Below the pieces are notes generated by a model. The model did no database searches and was not told where the DNA came from. It saw only the letters and a program-made list of their open reading frames with translations. From contig JAAXWF010000001.1 of assembly GCA_013335095.1 (NCBI GenBank), forward strand, positions 292,268 through 356,267: a stretch of DNA of 64,000 bases, written 5' to 3'. The DNA comes from a candidate division WWE3 bacterium (lineage in GTDB: Bacteria; Patescibacteriota; 4484-211; GCA-002791395). Positions within the stretch are counted from its first letter, which is position 1; every line of letters starts with the position of its first letter. A program made the position numbers and the translations under genes. Below are positions 1 to 8,989 of this stretch, in pieces.

Positions 1-24
1 TAAAGTCGAGCGACTAAATCGAGC

Positions 25-360
25 TCATCTGCTCGTCACACGACGAATTGAGCTCATTAACCGATCAGTAATTTGGTCTATTTTTTGATTAATGAGCTGA
101 GGCTTGGTAACAATCACAAAATCATATCCTGCAGGTATCTCTTCCAAATACTGAATAATTATATGCCGAAGTCGTCGTACAACCCGATTACGAATAACAG
201 CTCCACCGACTTTTTTGCTGGCGACAAATGCAAACCGAGAATGTTCGAGATTATTCGGGATCGCATTAACCACAAACCACGCATTATGTACAGGCGTTCC
301 AGCTCGATAAATGTATTTAATTCTTGAAGACTGCTTCAGACGGTGTAATTTAGATAACAC
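25..360 (-). CDS. rnpA: Ribonuclease P protein component
   Basis: 111 aa basic protein with the RnpA motifs KLHRLK...FVASKKVGGAVIRNRVVRRLRH; lies immediately downstream of rpmH as in most bacteria. Confidence 0.85.
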   Translation of the reverse strand: MLSKLHRLKQSSRIKYIYRAGTPVHNAWFVVNAIPNNLEHSRFAFVASKKVGGAVIRNRVVRRLRHIIIQYLEEIPAGYDFVIVTKPQLINQKIDQITDRLMSSIRRVTSR

Positions 361-363
361 AGA

Positions 364-534
364 TTATTTGACTCTTTTAGCAGAAACAGCGAGACGCTTA
401 CGCCCTGCCTTACGGCGATTAGCTATTACCGATCCAACTCGTTGTCCTGGTTTGCGCTTTCCTTTTGACATGCGAGATAAGAAACCGAGTTTGCGTCTGC
501 GGGTTCGTCCTGGTTGATTTGTCCTTTTACTCAT
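364..534 (-). CDS. rpmH: 50S ribosomal protein L34
   Basis: Not in the ORF track (56 aa). Manual reverse-complement translation gives MSKRTNQPGRTRRRKLGFLSRMSKGKRKPGQRVGSVIANRRKAGRKRLAVSAKRVK, the L34 signature, just upstream of rnpA. Confidence 0.8.
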   Translation of the reverse strand: MSKRTNQPGRTRRRKLGFLSRMSKGKRKPGQRVGSVIANRRKAGRKRLAVSAKRVK

Positions 535-661
535 GGCGATAGTTTACCATATCATTGCACCTTGTCCAATAACAACGCGTCTGTGTTAAAATGCACGGTT
601 GCCTGAAATATCAAGGTATCCCTTGCAGGGAGTATTCATATTCAGTTAATATAGTATTGTC

Positions 662-1147
662 ATGGCAAGAATGCATAAAATCCCACAAAATGTAACGACC
701 TACGAAGGAAAAGTAATTGGTCGATTTACGGCTAAACAGTTCATATTTCTTGCGATCGGCGCCATTGCTATATTTTTGGTCATTAGTATACCGCTCCCCA
801 AAGTAGTAAAGATTGTATTAGGCATTATTTTTGGTCTTATATCATTAATATTCGCACTGGCAAATTTTCAAGGAAGAACAACTGATGTTTGGATTAGCAG
901 TTTTCTCAAAGGAGTTAACAGCGCAACTCAGCTAATCTGGCGAAAATCTTACTATCCTCCAATGTACCTACTCCCCGATTATCACCCACCTAAAATGGAG
1001 CGAGGTCCACGCAAACGTTCGACTAATGAACTAGAACGATTTATCCAGTTGTATCAGCCGCCACCGGAAAGTTCCGATTACAGCCCCGAAGAAAATGAAG
1101 TACTACAAAGATTGCGCGAGATGAAAAAACAAGGAGGTACAGCATAA
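662..1147 (+). CDS. Small polytopic membrane protein, first gene of the VirB4 operon (PrgI/VirB3-like topology)
   Basis: 161 aa with two hydrophobic helices near the N-terminus; stop/start is tightly coupled to the next gene (1147/1150). T4SS-associated role is inferred from context only. Confidence 0.35.
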   Translation: MARMHKIPQNVTTYEGKVIGRFTAKQFIFLAIGAIAIFLVISIPLPKVVKIVLGIIFGLISLIFALANFQGRTTDVWISSFLKGVNSATQLIWRKSYYPPMYLLPDYHPPKMERGPRKRSTNELERFIQLYQPPPESSDYSPEENEVLQRLREMKKQGGTA

Positions 1148-1149
1148 CC

Positions 1150-2487
1150 ATGGATGACCAAATAAAGCCGACCCCACAACCAAACAGCACCGCTCATCAA
1201 CCGCCTCCGTCAAATAATATTGCATTTAGACCACTCGCTGGAGCGATAAACACGAATAATCAATCCAATTTAAACAAAAGTACCACCCCAGAGTCTTCAG
1301 CAACTCCGGATTCCCCTAATTTTGTTAAAGGCCATACGGTTATTCCGAGCAGTTCACCTCAAATAGTAACACCAGATCAATCTATCCCCCAAAAACAAAT
1401 ACCAACTACGCCCGAAGCCTCGCAGGTTCGGACTGCAAATCCACTTTTTATGTCCAATGAGCCAACAATACCCTACCAACAATCACAACCCACGATATCA
1501 CAGGCTGGGCCTGGACAACCGCAACCAGTACCAACCCAACCGATAGCTCAACAGGCACCCATTGCACAACCGCCGCAGCCGGCACCGATAATTGATCCCA
1601 CGATATTGCAAAAGAAGGCTGTGGAGAGCCAACAGTTAATGAATGCAGCGGCACAGATTGAACAAAAATTAGTCGAAAAACAAGAATTACTGACAAATTT
1701 GCAAAAGGAAAATCAACCACATAAAGACCAGCTACAAACGCTTAATACTGAATCAAAAACTATTGGCGCGGTCATACAGAATCTACGACAACAATTTAAC
1801 AATTTGGACGGAAATTCCCTGCATGTAGAAACAATGGATGAAATTCAAGAAAAAATCAAAGAAAAAGAACAGCAAAGTATCCAGCTCGAAAGCAAGATAA
1901 ATGCCCTTCATCAAAGCATATCGCAAGAACAGCAATTAACTAATGAAGTCGAAAACTATCGCCAACAAATACGTGAATTAGTTCAGCAGCAACAAAAGCT
2001 TCAAGATGTCATTAATGAAGAAGAACAAAAGCTAAATCAAATTACCCAGCAGCTAAACCAGCAAGTCCAAGAAACACAGAGTCGCGCTAATCAAATTAAG
2101 CAGTTGGAAGAATTCTTGAATGAAGCGATATTAAACACCGCACACACTCCTCCAACACCCGAAACAGTAAAGACAGCCCAATTTATGAATCCAAATGAAA
2201 TCCCAGTCTTAACTCAAAAGCCGAATGCAGTGAATGGTGTAGTTAAAGATCAAAATGGAAGACTATTACCTGACATGGTTGTTATGATTAAAGACGCTGC
2301 CAACCATAACTTGCGGGCAATGAAATCAAATAAATTGGGACAATTTGTTGTAACCACGCCTCTTGTCAATGGACAGTATTACATCGAAGTGTCGAAACCG
2401 GGATTTACCTTTGCAGTTGTAGAGGTTAAACTAGATGGTGGCATACTTCCACCTATTGAAGTAATCGGACATGAAACTACTACCTAA
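1150..2487 (+). CDS. Pro/Gln-rich coiled-coil protein with C-terminal carboxypeptidase-regulatory-like beta-sandwich, T4SS-operon member
   Basis: 445 aa. The N-terminal half is low-complexity (P/Q/T-rich), the middle is a heptad-like coiled coil (QQ..L..E..), and the C-terminus (VKDQNGRLLPDMVVMIKDAAN...GQYYIEVSKPGF) matches the CarboxypepD_reg fold pattern. Overlaps the next gene by 17 nt. Confidence 0.45.
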   Translation: MDDQIKPTPQPNSTAHQPPPSNNIAFRPLAGAINTNNQSNLNKSTTPESSATPDSPNFVKGHTVIPSSSPQIVTPDQSIPQKQIPTTPEASQVRTANPLFMSNEPTIPYQQSQPTISQAGPGQPQPVPTQPIAQQAPIAQPPQPAPIIDPTILQKKAVESQQLMNAAAQIEQKLVEKQELLTNLQKENQPHKDQLQTLNTESKTIGAVIQNLRQQFNNLDGNSLHVETMDEIQEKIKEKEQQSIQLESKINALHQSISQEQQLTNEVENYRQQIRELVQQQQKLQDVINEEEQKLNQITQQLNQQVQETQSRANQIKQLEEFLNEAILNTAHTPPTPETVKTAQFMNPNEIPVLTQKPNAVNGVVKDQNGRLLPDMVVMIKDAANHNLRAMKSNKLGQFVVTTPLVNGQYYIEVSKPGFTFAVVEVKLDGGILPPIEVIGHETTT

Positions 2488-3208
2488 AAGCCAAGACTTT
2501 TTAGAAATAATTGATATTAAAGACGGAGTCCTTGTATTAAGCGGAGGTAAGTTCCGTGTGGTTATTGAAGCAACCGCAATCAACTTTGACCTCTTATCCG
2601 AAGATGAACAAAACGCAACTATATTTGCTTATTCTAACTTAGTAAACTCGCTCAACTACCCTATCCAGATTTTAGTCAGAACGCGTCAAGTCGATATCAC
2701 AAATTATTTGAGTTACCTCAAAAAGTATCTTCGGGATCAACCAACCGCAGCATTAAGAGAACAATTACAAGACTACATCGATTTTTGCCAACAGTTGGTT
2801 TTGGAAAATATCGTCTTACAGAAGCGATTCTTTGTTGTTATCCCCTATTGGCAATCATCAACAACAGGACCAAGCACGCCCCAAAAGAAAGCCAAATCCC
2901 CCGGGTTACTTGATGGACTTCCATTAATTGGCAAAAAATCCACCACGCAACCGTTGGTTGATGACACCATTTATTCAGAAGAAGCATTCAAAAAAGCGAA
3001 ACAAAGTTTGAATCAACGGTATGAAGAGGTTCGATGGCAGTTCAAACGTCTCGGGATACAAGTGCGTCTTTTAGGAACCGAAGAGCTAATTCGGTTATAT
3101 TATGAAATACTTAACCCCGAGACTGGTCAAAATAGAGGACTCAAAGACGATTTATATGGATATACCGTACCGATTGTTAACTCGGCACTCGATATCGGAG
3201 AATACTAA
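2471..3208 (+). CDS. Hypothetical protein, T4SS-operon member
   Basis: 245-aa ORF translationally coupled on both sides (its stop TAA is directly followed by the ATG of the VirB4-like gene). Confidence 0.5.
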   Translation: MKLLPKSQDFLEIIDIKDGVLVLSGGKFRVVIEATAINFDLLSEDEQNATIFAYSNLVNSLNYPIQILVRTRQVDITNYLSYLKKYLRDQPTAALREQLQDYIDFCQQLVLENIVLQKRFFVVIPYWQSSTTGPSTPQKKAKSPGLLDGLPLIGKKSTTQPLVDDTIYSEEAFKKAKQSLNQRYEEVRWQFKRLGIQVRLLGTEELIRLYYEILNPETGQNRGLKDDLYGYTVPIVNSALDIGEY

Positions 3209-5454
3209 TGGATAAAATATTAAAACCGCTAAAAGATTTACTATCACCGAAAAAAAACGCCTCAAAAGCGGCTGCTCCAGCTGGCTCTGGGAATGGACCA
3301 AAACCAGCAGTACCAACTTCTGCATCTCTTAAACCAGGTGTGACACCTGCAGCTCCAAATACGCCAGAACTACCAACTCAAACCGATCAGGTTGATCGTC
3401 AACAAATAGTTAAACAAGCCCAATTATTTGCGCGTGGATTAATTGATATTAGAGACATTATCGCGCCAAGTGGTATTGAAGTTGATTTTAATGAGATTAG
3501 AATCGGATCGACCTATTACCGAACATATTTTATCGCAGGATATCCGCGAGAAGTCGGCCCCAACTGGCTTGCTCCGTTAATTAACTTTCCTCAAGCCCTC
3601 GACATTTCGATGTTTTATTACCCAATCGATGCTCGAGACGTGCTCAAAAATTTGCGTCGAAAAATTACCGAGATGCAGACCGAGCTAAACATAGAGTATA
3701 AAGAAGGACGTATTTTAGACCCCGAAGTTCAATTAGCTCTTCAGGACGCAAAATCGTTACAGGATGAGCTTGTTGCAGAGCGGGAACGATTCTTCCAGTT
3801 TGCCTTATACATAACAATACCTCACGAAGACGTAAAACAACTCCATCTTATTTGTAAGCAGGTCGAAAGCATATTAGCCGGTATCCTTCTACTGACTCGT
3901 AAAGCGACTTTACAGATGGACGACGGTTTTAGATCAACCTTACCAATTCATAACGATAAACTCCAGGTCTACCGCAACATGGATACGACATCGATAGCAA
4001 GTACGTTTCCCTTTACTTCAAGTAGTTTAACCAGTGATGAAGGTATCCTGTACGGTATCAATGAGCATAACGGAAGTTTAGTTGTATTTGACCGATTTAG
4101 GATGGAAAATGCAAATTCGGTAGTATTTGGAAAATCTGGTTCAGGTAAAAGTTACACGGTTAAACTTGAAGCAATCAGATACCTACTTCTAGGCACAGAA
4201 ATCATTGTTATTGACCCTGAACAGGAATTCAGAACCCTCAGCGATGTTATTGGTGGAGAGTATATTACCTATGACTTCACCTCAAAAACACGTATTAATC
4301 CATTTGATCTATCTCAAGTGTTTGAAGAAGGAGAAGATCAGCTTGAGACGAAGATCTTAGTTCTTCACTCACTCATGAAACTAATGCTTGGAGATATGAC
4401 CGCTAGCCAAGAAGCGGTGTTGGACCGAGCACTTTTGGAGACGTATCGATTAAAAGGAATATCATCAGATCCAAGCACCCAGCGAAAAGAACCACCACTT
4501 ATGGAAGATTTGTATAAGGTATTTCTTGGAATGGAAGATGAAGACGCCAAAGAACTCTCAAAACGATTGGAAAAATTCGTCATGGGATCGGCTAAAGGAC
4601 TCTTTGACCAGCCGACTAACATCGATATAAAAAATACATTTACCGTATTCGGTATTCGCGATCTAGAAGAAACAATCCGACCGATTGGTATGTTCTTAAT
4701 TCTTGATTATATCTGGACCAGAGTCCGTCGTGACCGACGCAAACGTCTACTCTTCGTCGATGAAGCGTGGATCATGATGAAGAATGCCGATTCTGCTAAC
4801 TTCATGCATTCCCTTGCAAAGCGAGCCCGAAAATATTACCTGGGAATAACCACGATCAGTCAGGATATTGAAGATTTCTTCAACCATGAAAAGGGTTTAG
4901 CAATCATTAAAAACAGTTCCATTCAGGTGCTCATGAAACAATCATCAAGTGCTATAGATAAACTGGCGGATGTCTTTATCCTATCTGAAGGTGAGCAAAA
5001 TCTACTCTTGTCGGCAAACGTTGGTGAAGGATTATTCTTCGCCGGACAAAATCACGTCGCGATACAGATGGTAGCCGGTCTCAAAGAACACGAATTAATA
5101 ACAACCAACCCAGCCGAATTACAACAAATCGAACGGATGAAACAACAACAAAACTCCGATGACCGTATCCGTAAGCTACAAGAACAGGGTCGGTTAACAT
5201 TCCAGACACCAACACAGCCGGATGCCCAACCAGCCGAACAACAAATGACGGATATGACATCGGCTCCAACTCCCGATGCATTAGATCAAAACGCCGGAAT
5301 GCCAGCATCTGATTCTTATGAGGCAGCTCCGACCCAGCAAACTGAAACAGAGATGTCACAAGGTGTTGAGATTACTGATTTCTCCCAAGGAGAGTCGACC
5401 CAACCGTCTCAACCCGAAGCAACGACGTTGCCCGATGATCCATCACAGGTCTAA
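3208..5454 (+). CDS. VirB4/TrbE/CagE-family type IV secretion ATPase
   Basis: 748 aa. Walker A VVFGKSGSGKSYTVK, Walker B RLLFVDEAWIMM, then TISQDIEDF, with a size and domain order typical of VirB4-like conjugation/T4SS ATPases. Confidence 0.75.
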   Translation: MDKILKPLKDLLSPKKNASKAAAPAGSGNGPKPAVPTSASLKPGVTPAAPNTPELPTQTDQVDRQQIVKQAQLFARGLIDIRDIIAPSGIEVDFNEIRIGSTYYRTYFIAGYPREVGPNWLAPLINFPQALDISMFYYPIDARDVLKNLRRKITEMQTELNIEYKEGRILDPEVQLALQDAKSLQDELVAERERFFQFALYITIPHEDVKQLHLICKQVESILAGILLLTRKATLQMDDGFRSTLPIHNDKLQVYRNMDTTSIASTFPFTSSSLTSDEGILYGINEHNGSLVVFDRFRMENANSVVFGKSGSGKSYTVKLEAIRYLLLGTEIIVIDPEQEFRTLSDVIGGEYITYDFTSKTRINPFDLSQVFEEGEDQLETKILVLHSLMKLMLGDMTASQEAVLDRALLETYRLKGISSDPSTQRKEPPLMEDLYKVFLGMEDEDAKELSKRLEKFVMGSAKGLFDQPTNIDIKNTFTVFGIRDLEETIRPIGMFLILDYIWTRVRRDRRKRLLFVDEAWIMMKNADSANFMHSLAKRARKYYLGITTISQDIEDFFNHEKGLAIIKNSSIQVLMKQSSSAIDKLADVFILSEGEQNLLLSANVGEGLFFAGQNHVAIQMVAGLKEHELITTNPAELQQIERMKQQQNSDDRIRKLQEQGRLTFQTPTQPDAQPAEQQMTDMTSAPTPDALDQNAGMPASDSYEAAPTQQTETEMSQGVEITDFSQGESTQPSQPEATTLPDDPSQV

Positions 5455-5495
5455 AAATATTTCACACACAAAGAATCTATGTTATATTAATAAAT

Positions 5496-6197
5496 ATGAA
5501 CCAACGTGCTTTTATGGTCGTTGAAACAGGAATAGTAGCAGTTATTCTCCTGATTTTGGCGACAATATGGTTCGTTAGGTATAGTGCTCCGGTTCCGGTT
5601 TCACCATCGCAAGAGACGCCGCATCAATCGCCTACTCCTACCCTAACATCAATAATAACTAGCGCCCCAATACAAGAAGCCCAAACGCTAGATTTTCCTG
5701 AAAATTACCAATCGGCTTCTTGGACAGTGAATAACGTAGACGAGTTATCATTTCAGCTAAATTGCTTTGATACAAAAAGTCAAAAAATAGTTGATTGCAA
5801 TAGCCCTAAAAAAGGTGAAAAGATGTCAACAACGATTCCTAATATACCCAGCATTGAAGAGGCCCGAGACAAAATTGACAAGATTGGTGAATACTATGTT
5901 TCCGAGTTAACAAAACAAGGCTGGAATCATTACCTGTCTTTTAACGACGTCGATGTTTCATTACCTAATGGCGATGGACCAGCCGCGACAGCGTGGGGAA
6001 TGTTGGGCTACAAAGAACATACAGTGCGTTCTGCGTTCTTCTCGCAAAGCATTGAAGGAATAAGTTGGAATGAAGAAACCCTGGAGCCGATTTGTCCATG
6101 TACCGTTAAAGTTGACATTGAACTTAGTGAAAAAGCCCCCTTTTCACTCCCCCCTATTAGTATGAACAAATTCCCGCAAACATTTTCCGCACGATGA
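5496..6197 (+). CDS. Hypothetical membrane-anchored secreted protein
   Basis: 233 aa with an N-terminal transmembrane helix (VVETGIVAVILLILATIWFV), a P/T/S-rich linker and a Cys-containing C-terminal domain. Confidence 0.45.
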   Translation: MNQRAFMVVETGIVAVILLILATIWFVRYSAPVPVSPSQETPHQSPTPTLTSIITSAPIQEAQTLDFPENYQSASWTVNNVDELSFQLNCFDTKSQKIVDCNSPKKGEKMSTTIPNIPSIEEARDKIDKIGEYYVSELTKQGWNHYLSFNDVDVSLPNGDGPAATAWGMLGYKEHTVRSAFFSQSIEGISWNEETLEPICPCTVKVDIELSEKAPFSLPPISMNKFPQTFSAR

Positions 6198-6281
6198 ACA
6201 GGCTTCATGACAGCCTATATATCATTAATCGATACGTTAACCGCACAAATACCCGCATTATTTTCCCGCAATAACCGCATG

Positions 6282-7379
6282 TTACAGTACATTTAATTCC
6301 CGCAAATCAATTCGGGAATCATTCGGGAAATATTCGGGAATCATGTGGTCATTTACCGCTGCGGTAATAAATGTCTGATATGGTGCAATTTCTTGCGAAA
6401 GAACCGCCCGATTTGATTCATCTAACTCTGAAAAAACATCATCAAGAAGCAATATCGGACTATTACCAGTACTCTCAGACAAGATATCCCTCTCCCCCAT
6501 TTTTAACCGCATCATCGCCACCCTTTGTTGCCCACGAGATCCATAAATTCCCGCATCTTTCCATCCTTCAGGAGACGATTGATCAGCTATAAATACCGAA
6601 AAATCATCCCGTTGATTCCCTGTTAAGGTGAATTTTAATAACCTCTCTTTTTCCCGCAATCCCCGCATTTTTTCCCGCAATAATTCCCGCACATTTACCG
6701 AATTATTCTCCGCATTTATTTCCGCAAGATTCCCGCGCAATTCCCGCGGACTTGGTAAATAATTAATTTTGACGTCATATGGGGACAAAAGCCCATTTAA
6801 CCGATCAATTACCGCATTCCTGCGGGAATAAATTACCGCACCTTTTTCACTCATTCGGTCCTCAATAACCTCAAGAACATCCAGATTACCGCTTAATTCC
6901 CGCAGCAAGGCATTCCGCTGATGCAATAACTTTTGATACGTAATTAAATCTGCCAGATATTCAATATCATACTGCCCAATCAATCGATCTAAAAAATTAC
7001 GTCGTATGGCTGGAGAACCCGTCAGTAAATACAAATCGGTCGGTTGAAAATAGACAACACTAAAGTGACCGAAATAACGGCGAAAATCTACTTTTTTACG
7101 ATTAACAAAGAATGTTTTTCTAGTTAACTGAACAGCGACTGACAAAACAAAGTCACTAACGCTCCCCTCTATACGTGCATATGGTTGTTGCCACTGAATT
7201 AATTCCCGCATATGAGAAGTACGCGGAGAACTCCCCGTAGCAAGAAGGTAAATAGCCTCTAAAAGGTTACTTTTCCCGAAACCGTTCCGTTCAATAATGA
7301 CATTCGTAGTGGGATGAAAATTATTAAGGGTAATGCGGGAAATATTGCGGTAATTCTCTAAAATCAAATCTGTAAGCAT
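6282..7379 (-). CDS. recF: DNA replication and repair protein RecF
   Basis: N-terminus MLTDLILENYRNI...NVIIERNGFGKSNLLEAIYLLATG is the RecF Walker A region; length 365 aa; lies downstream of dnaA-dnaN. Its coding sequence carries an unusual TTCCCGCA array (see findings). Confidence 0.8.
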   Translation of the reverse strand: MLTDLILENYRNISRITLNNFHPTTNVIIERNGFGKSNLLEAIYLLATGSSPRTSHMRELIQWQQPYARIEGSVSDFVLSVAVQLTRKTFFVNRKKVDFRRYFGHFSVVYFQPTDLYLLTGSPAIRRNFLDRLIGQYDIEYLADLITYQKLLHQRNALLRELSGNLDVLEVIEDRMSEKGAVIYSRRNAVIDRLNGLLSPYDVKINYLPSPRELRGNLAEINAENNSVNVRELLREKMRGLREKERLLKFTLTGNQRDDFSVFIADQSSPEGWKDAGIYGSRGQQRVAMMRLKMGERDILSESTGNSPILLLDDVFSELDESNRAVLSQEIAPYQTFITAAVNDHMIPEYFPNDSRIDLRELNVL

Positions 7380-7384
7380 ATCAA

Positions 7385-8989
7385 TTACCGCTTTCTCGCA
7401 TACGCACCATTAATCCAACCTTGTTTTCCATCTTGCATTAAGATCAAAATATACCCGTTTTCCTCTCTAATCCAACCAAACTTGTCACCAGGAAATACTG
7501 TTGTAACAAGAGGTGCATTAAGGCCAGCACCTTCTCGGACATTTAAAAATCCTGTTGGTGTGTCTAGTATTGTTAACATATTAGTCTGCTCTCCAACGAC
7601 GTTCACCGATAAAGATATTCCGGAATCGGGAATAACATTCCCCTTTTCATCGCGTAATACAAACCTTTCATTAATCGTATCGGTATAAATAGGAGCTTTA
7701 AAATAAAATTGGAAGGTCGCGATAGAGCCCGGAAGCACCTGATCTTCAACAAAAGTTCCGACTTCATGGGGAGACCTCCAGCTCTCAGGATCATATAAAT
7801 ATGACTGTTCTCCCGTATCCGACGTGGTAAGTATCAACCGATGACTTCCCGACTTTTGCCATACAAATCCACTCATATTCTGCCATTTTAGTTCAGCTTT
7901 TCGCCGCTCCCCTGTCGAATAAGTCAGATTACTAAGTTGAGTTATTGATCTTGCATTTATCTGAGGATCCTTCCCAAGCTGAGAACGAAGCAGAGCAATA
8001 CTATGGCGAACCGCATCATTTAATGGCTTATCTTCGGAATTAACGACCAAAACAGGTGCAACATTGGCCTTATAACCAAGCTCCAAAAATTGAGAAAAAT
8101 CAAAATCAAAGATTCCCAACCCTTCATAAACCCGCCCCTTCTCATCAATTAAATAGGCAAACGGTAATCCAGTTGTCTTATATGTCGTTTCCATTAACGA
8201 TTCATATTCCCGCAAAAAATCCGGAAATAAATCGACATCGTTGTTTAACACCGAACCTTCGAGAGGAATACTCCAAACATCTAAAGAGTTCCAAGGTTTT
8301 ACGATCAATTTAAGATTATTCATAACCACCGATCCGCCCCCCCATTGTGCCCGAGACATTACGGTAAGGTCTCCATTGTCAGAGCCGGTATCTTCAACGT
8401 CCAATTTTTCGAGCTGATTTGTAAGTGAAGGAAGTAAGTCAACATTAATAGTGGTAAGTCGATCATTGGCAAAATCGAATTCGATAGTCTTATCCTGATA
8501 TCCTGGACGTTTAATCAGTATGGCGTGATGACCTGGGGCAACATCTTCTAAGGACAAGGGAGTAGATCCGACATCGGTGCCATCTAACGATATATTCGCA
8601 TTTGCCGGACGAGTTGCGATAACCACTTTACTTGAACCAGAAAATAATACGTGTGCAGGTTCGACACTTAATGAATATCCATAGGCAAACTTTTTATCAC
8701 CGGATATTTGACGTGAAATAATGCTTTCATTTCCAGAACCGATCGAAATTTTCTCTTTCCAAATATCTCCAATTTCGACAAGTTGCTTTCCTGCACTAAC
8801 TTCGACCGATTTCAACGGCGTATTCCCAACAATAACACCATTCACTTTTACTTCTTGAGAATCCATAGTTACATCAACCGAGAGAGTACCTTTTTCAGAA
8901 GTGGATGGACCATTAAAATAACCGAGCGCAAACCAAACGCCTACGATAACAGATACAATCAGAATAAATATTACGATGATACGGCTCAT
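7385..8989 (-). CDS. Cell-envelope protein with N-terminal transmembrane helix, PEGA domain and C-terminal SH3b-like domain
   Basis: 534 aa. PEGA-like segments VKVNGVIVGNTPLKSVEVSAG and ANISLDGTDVGSTPL...HHAILIKRPGYQDK; the C-terminus GFLNVREGAGLNAPLVTTVFPGDKFGWI...GKQGWINGAY resembles a bacterial SH3 domain. The stop overlaps the dnaN stop region, so it is operonic between dnaN and recF. Confidence 0.5.
   Translation of the reverse strand: MSRIIVIFILIVSVIVGVWFALGYFNGPSTSEKGTLSVDVTMDSQEVKVNGVIVGNTPLKSVEVSAGKQLVEIGDIWKEKISIGSGNESIISRQISGDKKFAYGYSLSVEPAHVLFSGSSKVVIATRPANANISLDGTDVGSTPLSLEDVAPGHHAILIKRPGYQDKTIEFDFANDRLTTINVDLLPSLTNQLEKLDVEDTGSDNGDLTVMSRAQWGGGSVVMNNLKLIVKPWNSLDVWSIPLEGSVLNNDVDLFPDFLREYESLMETTYKTTGLPFAYLIDEKGRVYEGLGIFDFDFSQFLELGYKANVAPVLVVNSEDKPLNDAVRHSIALLRSQLGKDPQINARSITQLSNLTYSTGERRKAELKWQNMSGFVWQKSGSHRLILTTSDTGEQSYLYDPESWRSPHEVGTFVEDQVLPGSIATFQFYFKAPIYTDTINERFVLRDEKGNVIPDSGISLSVNVVGEQTNMLTILDTPTGFLNVREGAGLNAPLVTTVFPGDKFGWIREENGYILILMQDGKQGWINGAYARKR

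Noticed and set aside
311-517. 68-aa plus-strand ORF between rnpA and the T4SS operon
   Set aside because: The opposite strand at 364..534 encodes a textbook ribosomal protein L34 directly upstream of rnpA; the plus-strand ORF is Arg/Leu-rich antisense noise.
1448-1720. Antisense 90-aa ORF inside the Pro/Gln-rich T4SS-operon gene, and similar internal antisense ORFs (4365..4622, 5081..5359, 13071..13316, 22491..22748)
   Set aside because: They are fully embedded in well-supported genes on the other strand and have no RBS or conservation signals.
6290-6760. CRISPR array or tandem-repeat minisatellite interpretation of the TTCCCGCA repeats
   Set aside because: The unit is only 8 nt with 3-4-nt variable gaps, lies in-frame within an intact recF ORF and has no spacer-like unique segments, so it is not a CRISPR or a simple tandem duplication.
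7385-8989. Possible PGRP/Amidase_2 (N-acetylmuramoyl-L-alanine amidase) domain in the middle of the PEGA/SH3 protein
   Set aside because: A RAQWGGG segment resembles the Amidase_2 start, but the zinc-binding HH motif (IVIHHT) expected about 20 residues later is absent, so no enzymatic call is made.
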